Assembly: GCF_009914755.1 (NCBI RefSeq)
Contig: NC_060928.1
Direction: 5' to 3' (one strand)
Source of the DNA: the human T2T-CHM13v2.0 reference genome, Homo sapiens
DNA: 64,000 nucleotides
Made by a program: the position numbers and the translations under genes. Of the stretch, positions 39,801-50,870 are shown piece by piece. The notes beneath the pieces are model-generated. The model saw only the letters and a list, made by a program, of their open reading frames with translations. It did not search any database and was not told the origin of the DNA. Positions within the stretch are counted from its first letter, which is position 1. Each line of letters begins with the position of its first letter.

Positions 39801-41866
39801 GACGCCACCATTTCACATGAAGAGGCAGGCGACATGCGAGTGCTGAGGAGGAACCCTGGACCCCACCATTTCACATGGAAGAGGCAGGCGACATGCGAGT
39901 GCTGGAGAGGAACCCCGGACGCCACCATTTCACATGGAAGATGCAGGCGACATGCGAGTGCTGAGGAGGAACGCTTGACGCCACTATTTCACATGGAAGA
40001 GGCAGGCGACATGCGAGTGCTGGAGAGGAACCCCGGACGCCACCATTTCACATGAAGAGGCAGGCGACATGCGAGTGCTGAGGAGGAACCCCGGACGCCA
40101 CCATTTCACATGAAGAGGCAGGCGACATGCGAGTGCTGGAGAGGAACCCCAGACACCACCATTTCACATGAAGAGGCAGGCGACATGCGAGTGCTGAGGA
40201 GGAACCCTGGACGCCACCATTTCACATGGAAGAGGCAGGCGACATGGGAGTGCTGGAGAGGAACCCCAGACGCCACCATTTCACATGAAGAGGCAGGCGA
40301 CATGCGAGTGCTGGAGAGGAACCCCGGACGCCACCATTTCACATGAAGAGGCAGGCGACATGCGAGTGCTGGAGAGGAACCCCGGACGCCACCATTTCAC
40401 ATGAAGAGGCAGGCGACATGCGAGTGCTGAGGAGGAACCCCGGGCGCCACCATTTCACATGGAAGAGGCAGGCGACATGCGAGTGCTGGAGAGGAACCCC
40501 GGATGCCACCATTTCACATGAAGAGGCAGGCGACATGCGAGTGCTGGAGAGGAACCCCAGACGCCACCATTTCACATGAAGAGGCAGGCGACATGCGAGT
40601 GCTGAGGAGGAACCCTGGACGCCACCATTTCACATGGAAGAGGCAGGCGACGTGCGAGTGCTGAGGAGGAACCCTGGACGCCACCATTTCACATGAAGAG
40701 GCAGGCGACATGCGAGTGCTGAGGAGGAACCCCGGACGCCACCATTTCACATGAAGAGGCAGGCGACATGCGAGTGCTGGAGAGGAACCCCAGACGCCAC
40801 CATTTCACATGAAGAGGCAGGCGACATGCGAGTGCTGAGGAGGAACCCTGGACGCCACCATTTCACATGGAAGAGGCAGGCGACGTGCGAGTGCTGAGGA
40901 GGAACCCTGGACGCCACCATTTCACATGAAGAGGCAGGCGACATGCGAGTGCTGAGGAGGAACCCTGGACGCCACCATTTCACATGGAAGAGGCAGGCGA
41001 CATGCGAGTGCTGAGGAGGAACCCTGGACGCCACCATTTCACATGGAAGAGGCAGGCGACATGCGAGTGTTGTGGAGGAACCCCGGACGCCACCATTTCA
41101 CATGAAGAGGCAGGCGACATGCGAGTGGTGAGGAGGAACCCCGGACCGCACCATTTCACATGAAGTGGCAGGCGACATGCGAGTGCTGAAGAGGAACCCC
41201 GGACGCCACCATTTCACATGGAAGAGGGAGGCGACATGCGAGTGCTGGAGAGGAACCCCGGACGCCACCATTTCACATGAAGAGGCAGGCGACATGCGAG
41301 TGCTGGAGAGGAACCCCGGACGCCACCATTTCACATGGAAGAGGCAGGCGACATGCGAGTGCTGGAGAGGAACCCCGGACGCCACCATTTCACATGGAAG
41401 AGGCAGGCGACATGCGAGTGTTGGAGAGGAACCCCGGACGCCACCATTTCACATGAAGAGGCAGGCGACATGCGAGTGCTGAGGAGGAACCCTGGACGCC
41501 ACCATTTCACATGGAAGAGGCAGGCGACGTGCGAGTGCTGAGGAGGAACCCTGGACGCCACCATTTCACATGAAGAGGCAGGCGACATGCGATTGCTGAG
41601 GAGGAACCCTGGATGCCACCATTTCACATGGAAGTGGCAGGTGACATGCGAGTGCTGGAGAGGAACCCTGGACGCCACCATTTCACATGGAAGAGGCAGG
41701 CGACATGCGAGTGCTGTAGAGGAACCCCGGACGCCACCATTTCACATGAAGAGGCAGGCGACATGCGTGTGCTGAGGAGGAACCCTGGACGCCACCATTT
41801 CACATGGAAGAGGCAGGCGACATGCGAGTGCTGTGGAGGAACCCCGGACGCCACCATTTCACATGG
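27882..41866. repeat. ~14-kb minisatellite/VNTR, about 239 units of 58/59 bp: GAAGAGGCAGGCGACATGCGAGTGCT(GGAG/GAGG)AGGAACCC(C/T)GGACGCCACCATTTCACAT(G)
   Basis: Directly visible uninterrupted tandem array; consensus unit 60% GC with 3-4 CpG; copy number estimated from length divided by ~58.5. Confidence 0.99.
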
Positions 41867-43072
41867 GAAGGCCGGCTTCCTCTTTGCTAATGAATGAGAT
41901 AATTACAACAGAATCAAGCCAACCCCAGAAAGCGCAGCGCCTGAGCAGAAGAAATGGGAAGTTCACTGGGTGGCAGTGTTGGGAACTGAGGTAGAAATAG
42001 AGCATTCCAGGTTTGCAATAATACAGGTTATTTCCTTACGTCATTTCCGTATATCCTAAAAAGAGGAGCAGGAGGGCACATACTAGGTCTAAGCTTCCAT
42101 CTCTACTCCTAAAGGAATACTACTAGCTGAGGTAGTCCATACTCCCAGCAGAATTTGAGCTCATAGGAAGAGAGAAAAAAATATATCTGAGGAGGAGTAC
42201 TAGCCCTTTAAAAGAAAAATAGATACTGAAGAATCTTATCAGAGAGAGCTGAATTAATGGTCCAGATAAAACAAGAACTGGAAATAAAATAAATATCTTC
42301 AGAGAGCAGGAAAGGATATTGCAAATATGAAGCAGGAACAATCAGTGAAGACAAAGAATCAAATGAGGATGGGAATAAAACATATAATAGCAAAATGTAT
42401 ATAGACAAAGAATAAATCAGTAAGATAAAGAATCTGGTTGGAAAATTTTCCCCAAGTTTAAATAAAGGCATAAAAGATGGAAAATATCTAAGAACTAAAA
42501 TAAAGAGAAACTAAAAGTGGAAAGGTCAATTTTGATTTACTACATAAAACTAAATAGAGTATAGAATTGTTTTCATTGTTGTTGAGATATAATTGAGAAT
42601 TAAAGAAAGATAGAAAGTCAGATCAAAATGGCTCCATAAAACAACAGACCACATTGATAAGCAAAACCTCAAATCTTGACACATTACACTTAATTTAAAA
42701 TAACAAAGGCAAAATTCTAAAAGCATCTGAATAAGAAATAATATTTCATTGTAAATTAAGATAATTAGCATCAAATTTTTGAATGGTAACACTAGAATAT
42801 TAAAGTGACATTTGAAAAATATTGAAGAAAAATAAACTTAGACCTAGAGTTTTATATACAGATAAACTATTATTTAAACACTAGGTTGAATAAAATAAAG
42901 GCATTTCAAGAGACACATAGAAGGCGAGGGCACATAAAATCTTACAGAAAACATTCTACAGGGAGTACTTCTACAGAGAAAACAAATAATTCCAAAAAGA
43001 AAGTTTAAGGTCAACCAAATAAGCAATGGCAAAAAAGAAATATTGTGTGTGATTATTTGTATATGTGTATAA

Positions 43073-43278
43073 GAGTGTCGTCCAATGGGCCTTTCTGTTT
43101 TGATGGAGATATTCTATTTGTACTGTTCAATATGATAGACCATAGCCATGTGTGGCTGTTGGATGAAAAGTATGGCTAGTGTGGCCAAGGAACTGAGTTT
43201 TAAATTTTATTTAACCTTAATAAATTTAAATTTGAATAGCCATGTGTGGTTAGTGGCTACTACATTGTACAGCAGAGC
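43073..43278. mobile_element. MER3-like hAT-Charlie relic
   Basis: GTCCAAT....CTTTCTG...TGATGGA.ATATTCTA...TAGCCATGTGTGGCT...GAACTGAGTTTTAAATTTTATTTAA...AATAGCCATGTGTGG.TAGTGGCTAC. Confidence 0.8.
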
Positions 43279-43861
43279 CCTGTACTAACACAGATGAAAT
43301 GTTCCAGATTATACCAATATATGCTGAGGGTCAGGAACATGCAGAAATCAGAGGATTTGGACAGTATGTTCAGGTTCTTGTCTTTTACACAGGGAAGAAA
43401 TAATAATGAGCTCTAAAAAATTAAGTCTGAAATTTAAGGTATTAGCAGAAACCAACTGAAAGATAGACGTTAAAATTTGGCTTTCAAAACAGAAGAAAAA
43501 AAATTGCTCTCTTCAATAAAATGCAAGAATGGAGAAAAAATAAACAAGAAGAAAGGTTGATACATAGAAAATATGCAATAGGATGACAAGAATAAATCAT
43601 AGTATGACAGTAATTTAAGTAAATGTAAATAGGTTAAACATGCACATCAAATCACAGAGACTCTCAGGAAATAAGATGCTGTAATACATTGTCTATTAGA
43701 GATATTTGAAACAAAAGAAAACAGCTAGTTGAAAATACATGAGACATCCATTTTTATTATCAATTTTAATAACAAAGAAATTATAAGTTGTTAAACTATG
43801 TAAGTAAAAGATATGAATACCATATATGTGTATATATACACATACATATGAAGAAAGGAGA

Positions 43862-44168
43862 TGCTGGGCGCAGTGGCTCATGCCTGTAATCCCAACACTT
43901 TGGGAGAACAAGATGGGCAGATCACGAGGTCAGGAGATGGAGAACATCCTGGCTAACACAGTGAAACCCCATCTCTACTAAAAAATACAAAAAGTTAGCC
44001 AGGCGTGTTAGCGGGCGCCTGTAGTCCCAGCTACTCAGGAGGTTGAGGCAGGAGAATGGCGTGAACCCAGGAGGCGGAGCTTGCAGAGATAGCGCCACTG
44101 CACTCCAGCCTGGGCGACAGAGCAAGACTCCGTCTCAAAACAAACAAACAAACAAACGAACAAAAACA
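43862..44168 (+). mobile_element. AluY-like
   Basis: ATCACGAGGTCAGGAGAT, CCTGGCTAACAC, GCGGGCGCCTGTAGTCCC and GAATGGCGTGAACCC..GAGGCGGAGCTTGCAG diagnostics; (AAAC)n tail. Confidence 0.9.
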
Positions 44169-44963
44169 AGAAAGAGGAAATAAAAAAGAAAATGAAATGT
44201 ATACATCCACCTCTATGATGAAGACAGATACATTCTGAGAAAAAGGTGCATAAATCAACAATTGCAGTTGGAGTTTTGGACACACTTTCAAGAAGAAAAA
44301 CTGATCCAAAAGACAAAAAATAAAAAGAGGAAGGATTTAGACGGTTTGAAAAAAACTCTCTGATTGATAAGCTCAAACCCATAAATGCATATAGATTTTC
44401 ACACTCCAAAACCTAGAATACACCTGCACATAGTAAATATTTATAAAGCCTCAAATTTTATGAAATCAAAAGCATAAAACATCAGAGATCAATAAACAAA
44501 AAGTTACTTTTAAAGGATCTGCAGGTGACCTTGAATAACACAGGGATCAATGTATGATCAAAGTATATCATGAACAACAGAATGGCTAAAAATTGGAGAA
44601 CTTAGATAAAATTGATGAATTTCTGGAGTTATATATAATACCAAAATTGTTACAGGATTAAGCAAAAACCTTGAATGAGACAATCATCAGGGAAATAATT
44701 AAAAGTTAATCAAAGACTTCTCCCCTAAAACAGCTTCAACACCAGATGGTTTTAAATGTGAGTTCTACCTAACTTTAGAGGAACAGATAATCTTGATCTT
44801 ATACAAGAGAACTCTTCCAAATGCAATTAAATCTAATAATGTGTGAAAATTCGTAATAACGAATATATTTTTTCCAAGGAATATAATGGTATTTTAATAA
44901 CAGATATTCTATTAAAGTAACAATCATACTCATTGGGAAAGCTGTAATTACTTAGTTTAGTTT

Positions 44964-45104
44964 AGTTTACTTATGGGCCAAGTAAATAACAACAAAAATC
45001 TGGCCACATCTCCATTAAGGCCTTGGAATCATCAATCCACATAATTAAAATGGAAAAGTTGTGTCATGAGTCACGACAGATACTACAAATTCACTCACTT
45101 AAAA
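44964..45104 (+). repeat. Direct repeat copy 1 (~140 bp) of 46393-46546
   Basis: TTACTTATGGGCCAAGTAAATAAC...ATTCACTCACTTAAAA present twice, 1430 bp apart; about 10 substitutions and 2 indels by eye. Confidence 0.9.
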
Positions 45105-45778
45105 ATGGGAAAAGGAAAGAAAGATGTACCCTATTACTACAAATGCTTAACATAACATTGGAGGTATTTGTTAATGCAAGATAGTAAGAAAAAAATAAGA
45201 TGCCTAAGGATCAGAAGGGTCGCAAAAACAGTCTTATTTATTTACATGTAATAGGACCCTCTAAATAGAAAACCAAGTAAAATCAAAAGAAAATTTAGTA
45301 ATGATAAAACTGAGGAAAGTTGTTTAATACAGGACAGACATCTAAAATCAATACCATTGGTTTATTATATTTTCAAAGTTGAAAATATAATTTATGTTTT
45401 ATATAAATATATAATTGTGAATAATGTCTTAATTTTCAACTTTGAAAATATAATAAAAATAAGACATTATTCTTAGTGACAACATTTCTAAAATTTCTCA
45501 GGAATTATTGTAACAAATAATCCAATCATTCCTACAATTTAGAGATTGGAAAAGGGACTAGGGTAAATCTAGTTAGTAGATTTTCAAAGAATTATTTTAG
45601 CAAAATTTAACTGAGCTTAGAACTTACAATAATATTTTCCTAAACCAATTTTCAACAATAATTCTAGATTTTTCTCAGTGTATCCAAGTTATAGTCAGTT
45701 AACATATGAGTTACTTAGAGTACAGCCCAAGTTTAACTTTCATAATAACACCTAATTAGTGCCAAATCGCACAGATAA

Positions 45779-46308
45779 TGTGGTAGGCAGCCTCTGAAAT
45801 GGTTTCCCACTGAACCCTCCTCGCTGTATTTACTACTTCCCGAAATCCTCTCCTTTTGACCATGGGCTGGACCTAGTGCCTAATGCATAGAATATGACAA
45901 AGGGGATAAGATGTCATTTCCAAGATGAGGTTACAAAGAGTTTGTGCTTTCCATCTTGCTGTCATTCTCTCTTACCCACTTGCTAGCTTCCTTGGTGGCA
46001 ATTCAATGGCCTTGCTATGAGCTGTGCTGTGGAGAGACCCACATGGCAAGGAAATGAAGGAGGCCAGTAGCCAGTGGGCAACTGAATCCTGCAACCATGT
46101 AAGTGAGTTTGAAAACATCTTCCCCAAGTCAAGTCTTCAGAGGAGACTGCAGCCCCTGCTGACACCTTGATTATAGCCTTGGCAGAGGCTTTAGGCAGAC
46201 ACTCAGCTAAGCCACGATCTGGATTCCTGACTCACGGAGATAATGCTTACTCTTTTGAGCTTCTAACTTTTGATGTAATTTGTTATATAGCAATAGATAA
46301 CTAATATA
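45779..46308 (+). mobile_element. MLT1F-like MaLR LTR
   Basis: TGTGGTAGGCAGCCTCT.AAATGG...GGGCTGGACCTAGTG...TTTGTTATA.AGCAATAGATAACTAATA. Confidence 0.85.
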
Positions 46309-46392
46309 GGCAAGTATCTGAAATAAAGTAGACAACTAGCTAAAGAGGAATGTTGGTGATTATGTGCCTCAAAATGAGAACTATGATTAACG

Positions 46393-46546
46393 TAGCTTAC
46401 TTATGGGCCAAGTAAATAACGACAAATACAAGCCAAAAATCTGGCCACATTTCCATTAAGACCTTGGTATCATCAATCCACATAATCAAAATGGAAAAAG
46501 TTGTGTCATGAGGCATGACAGATACTTCAGATTCACTCACTTAAAA
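46393..46546 (+). repeat. Direct repeat copy 2 (probable donor) of 44964-45104
   Basis: As for copy 1; this copy has 11 extra bp (ATACAAGCCAA). Confidence 0.9.
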
Positions 46547-46589
46547 CTCATTTTAGCTCATTCATCCTTGTTTTCCTGTACATGGTTCT

Positions 46590-46965
46590 GGAAAGCAAAT
46601 GCTTGAATTTCCAGTCTGCCTTTCAGCTAACTGTGATCATGGACACAGGTCTGGATTAGAAAATGAAAGCAGAAGTTCCCAAGGAGAGTTTCATTTTCAT
46701 ATTAAAAATGAATTCTCCAGAAAAGGCATTTTACTTTCACCCCCTGCACATTCTTTCTGCTTGCAATGTGAAAGTGATATTTAGAAATGCAGGACATCTT
46801 GCAGTCATGAGCACAGAGGGGAAAGCTGTCTGCTAAGAATGGCACCATGGGAAGCTGGGAGCATCCTGCGCTCCTGGTGGCATTGTGCGGTGAAGGACTA
46901 GTCTACACTCTTGTTAGTGTTGGGGATTTCTGCTGTTCACAGCTGAGTATTTCCTAACTGAAACC
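46590..46965 (+). mobile_element. Old MLT1-like LTR fragment
   Basis: 3' end GTTGGGGATTTCTG.T...CAGCTGA..ATTTCCTAACTGA resembles late MLT1 termini. Confidence 0.45.
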
Positions 46966-47051
46966 AGTAGAATAATTTTGATTTTTGTATCTAAACTTTG
47001 TGGGAGAGCATAAATTCCATCAGATTACCTCAGTTAATAATGAGTAAAATG

Positions 47052-47353
<302 letters not shown>

Positions 47354-47834
47354 GGTAAAATGAAGAGAATTTCAAGAAGGTCCATTTCAGGCACTATTTT
47401 TGTTTTAGCAGAAATTTAATGAAATAAAAAAGTGATGAGAAATTAATCAAGAGTATTCAAGACCTAAGTTTTCCTTTGGTGTTGGTTTACTTGTGGAAGA
47501 TCCCGTGAATCTGGACTGAATTATACCTGATTCCAGTAAGTTTCAAACTCAACCCAGCTCAATCCAGGCATGTAATATCTCAAAAGGGCTCTCTTTTATT
47601 AGTGTTTAAGGTCAAGGATTTTTCCAGGGTTATTAAGTGGAATTTCTGTGACAACTTGAAATCTGGTATTAGAATGGGACTGATCTATGCAGTACGGTGA
47701 GTCCAGCTGTATTTTACTTCTTACACTTGGTTTCTGAGAAATTTAAGTACGTTTTAAATTTAGGGCACCATTCAGCATCATCTAGGAAATACCACACTAA
47801 TGGTGTGAGAGTTTACTAAATTTTCCTCTTTTAC

Positions 47835-48240
47835 TCAGGGTACTTGGTAGCTAGCAATAGAAACCAACTTTGGCTGGTTTAATCATAAATAGATTTTATT
47901 GAAAGGATTTTGGGTAATTTACAGAATTGCCAGAAGAGCTGAAGAATCAGACATGGAAAATAGGCAGGCTCTATAGGAGGCAATGCATGGTGACCACAGC
48001 CAAACTTCCATCGGGGACAGTCTGGCGGGGTCTTTCTTGTGTCCTGGAATGATGACGGCCAGTGCAGGTCCTGAAGAATGCAGCTGCCGTGGACCCAGTC
48101 AGCACCTCTGGTCAACTGCCCTGGAATGAGAAAGCATCCTCACTGCCTCTAGAATGCAATTCTCCTCTAACCCTACTTCTTTGCTGAATTGCTCCACATT
48201 CAAAGATGTGGGCATCAGTGTCTGCCTGAATCTAGTAATG
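47835..48240 (-). mobile_element. Old MLT1-like LTR
   Basis: TCAGGGTACTTGGT.GC.AGCAATAGAAACCAACT.TGGCT...TTTATTGAAAGGAT. Confidence 0.5.
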
Positions 48241-49439
48241 AAATTAAAGTTTAAAGCAATGAGAGGTAGACAAAACTGGGTACTTATTACGTTCCAAATA
48301 CTTTCCAATTTATTCCCATATCTCTGGAATACATGTTTTTTAAAAGGGGTGATGTAAGAATGGGGAAAGCAAAATAATTAAGAAAAAATTATGAAAATAA
48401 CTGGTTGATGGAATAATTGAACGGAATAAATGGAATAATGAAAGGATGTCAAAGACCTTCGTGCATTACGTGTATATAGCTCTGAAGTGTGTGTATATAA
48501 CTCTGATGGATGTGTTGAGATTTGGCTCTGAGTGAGGGACTCTTGCAGGAAAAAGAAATAAACATGCACGTTAACTTGCTCTTCTACCCTGTCTTAGGCA
48601 ATTCATCCAGATGAATTTTTAACTATCCCGTAGTGATGGGGCATCCAGGCCGTATTTTTTAAAATGTGCAATTAGAGTAAACAATTTAGAATCCTGTGCT
48701 CACCTTACACTAATAACTTTGCATCAAAATTTATGCAGTTTAGTGTGTTTGGCAAATGACTTGTGCCTTTAGTTTCACTTCCTCGCGGCATTTTCCCTTC
48801 CGTTTGGTTAATTATGATTTACTTCTGTTAGTTTCCAAGACCCCATTTCACCGAGTTCACATGGTGTTGTGAGTAATAACTTGACTGTTGTAATTGTCTT
48901 CCGGGATTAATCCTGTTTGTGTTGGAGGGTTACAAGCATTCTCACCAGAGGGGATGCTTTGGAAGTTTTGCATTATTCATGTGTAAGGCAAATTCACGAA
49001 TGTTAAGAGTTGGAAAACAATGAAAACCAAAAATTTGGTCTAAAATCCTTTTTGGAGAACTGAGGAAGACAGATGGTCTGGAAGATTTTTAGTGTCAGAT
49101 CTGAACTCTAATCAGTCAAGGAGAGAAACTTTCAGAACTGGGTGGTCAAAATGGCATCCTAGGAATTTTGACTTGCAGTCTTAAAGAAGACAGCCTAAAA
49201 GAAAAGGAAAAAACGTTCTCACCCTAGAGCATTTTTATGCAAAACGATGAAATTTATAGGAAAATTGGAAACAGTCAATTTCTGAGAATTATATACAGAC
49301 GGTGAACTAACTGTGGCATAATCATTATTTGTGTTGATACTATTAAACGTTTTGGGGGAATCTGGTTTACTTGATTAAAACCAGGATTCTTTCTTTTCCC
49401 CAATGAGCAGATTATTTCCTGCGGATATATGTTCCTGCA

Positions 49440-49620
49440 GTCTTCGTTCATTGCACTGATAACAAGTGTAATTTCTTTATTGTCTGTGTTCTCTAGTTTG
49501 TAAGTTTCAGACAGGGGAGTTAGGTCTACCTTCTTCTTCTTGTTCCCCTCTTCCAGCACATATGTACGTGGCACATAGTAAATCTTTCATTATTTGTTGA
49601 TCAGTTGCCTAACAGGAGCA
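49440..49620 (+). mobile_element. L2 3' end
   Basis: TGTAAGTTTC...GGGG...TGGCACATAGTA....TTCA.TATTTGTTGA. Confidence 0.6.
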
Positions 49621-49982
49621 TGGAAGTAAATGAATTATATTTGGAACATTTCATCCTGAAGATACCCACCCAGAGGAGAAGGCAGGGTAAAATTCTAGTC
49701 AGCTCAGTCTTAGTTCTTGACTCTTCAAAACTCTTGTTAGTTTTGACTCAGTTCCAAGATTCTGCATCTGGTTTGTGATTGTCCTCTGCAAATCCTTGGA
49801 AAGGACCAATCCTCGTGTAGAATAGACTTTCCATAAATATTTATTATGTGGATTTTGCTCATTGTTGACTGATCTGGGGGTCTTGGCTGCAATCTTTTCA
49901 AAAGAGTTTGGTGTGAATCTAGTTGACTGGAATCTGGGGTTACCCTGGGCAGACGTTAAGCCTATAATTGGTTTTAACAGAA

Positions 49983-50278
49983 ATATATATAGCATATATA
50001 TGGCATATATATGTATATATAGCTATATATATATATATAGCATATATATGGCATGTATATAGTATATATATATAGCATATATATGGCATATATGTGTGTG
50101 TATATATATATATAGCTATATATACATATATATGTATATATAGCATATATATGTATATATAGCTATATATACATATATGTGTATATATAGCATATATATG
50201 TATATATAGCTATATATGTGTATATACAGCATATATATGTATATATACGTATATATACAGCTATATATATATATAGCT
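49983..50278. repeat. Degenerate (TA)n-rich low-complexity repeat
   Basis: ATATATAGCATATATATG / ATATATAGCTATATAT / TACATATATG blocks. Confidence 0.95.
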
Positions 50279-50639
50279 GGCATCCCTAGACGTGGCACAG
50301 TCTGTCTGAAACTAGAGCAAAGTTCCCTCCTCTGGCTACCCTAGGATGACATAGTCTTTCAAAGTAGGAATATGACAGTATTATATAAATATAACATATT
50401 TATTAGCAGTAAGGACTGTAACTTTTCTATATTGCCTACAAAGTTCAATTGAGTGATTATTCCCACGGATCTAGAGATATTTTTAAGGTATTATATAACA
50501 ATATTGTTATTAGCTCTGACTATGCCATTATTTTTCTAGCTTCTAGGCTTCTGTGTTTACTGTTTTGTCTGAAATATTTTTCTCCTCTTCACCTCAACTC
50601 TTCCCCATCCCCACCCCCATAAAAAAACCCTGAGTTACA

Positions 50640-50870
50640 TTCGTCTGCTCTAGGTTCCCATCCTATAAACCACCATTTACTTCCTCGTCATTATGTTTTG
50701 CACACACGTATTGCTGCCTGTCTGATTTCCTGCCTCCCTTCCTAGGCCATGCATAAACTGTGTGAGGGCGTGTACTACACCTGTCCTTTGTTCCGAGTAC
50801 TGGTGCCATTTCTGCCATATAGTTGACAACATCTCTTTATTGGATGAAAAATGAATGAGTGCGTGAACAT
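50640..50870 (+). mobile_element. L2 3' fragment
   Basis: TAAACTGTGTGAGGGC...TGTC...GTTC...TGCCATATAGT...TTATTGGATGAAAAATGAATGA. Confidence 0.55.

Larger units (their letters stand above)
42150..45530 (+). mobile_element. Highly decayed old L1 (L1M/L1ME-type ORF1-ORF2 remnants), interrupted by MER3, AluY and a templated insertion
   Basis: A-rich + strand with L1 motifs (TAAATGTAAATAGGTTAAA, CCAGATGGTTTT...GAGTTCTACC.AAC.TT..AGGAACAGATAAT, ATCATACTCA.TGG). Confidence 0.65.

Noticed and set aside
27920-41860. Kozak-like GCCACCATT, partial YY1/CTCF matches (AAATGGTGGCG) and partial PRDM9 13-mer (CCACCATTTCACA) in each unit
   Set aside because: ATT rather than ATG; the CTCF 5' half is missing; the PRDM9 motif matches only 6 of 8 defined positions. 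Too weak to claim without binding data.
27882-41866. CRISPR-like array or other prokaryotic system
   Set aside because: No unique spacers and no cas genes; flanks are primate Alu/L1 DNA.
27808-41897. Dozens of ORFs up to 288 aa (MRVLRRNPGRHHFTWKRQATCEC..., MVASGVPLQHSHVACLFHVKWW...)
   Set aside because: Translations of the tandem unit; frames open and close with the 58/59-bp pattern (58+59=117, a multiple of 3) on both strands. No splice or promoter context and no known domain.
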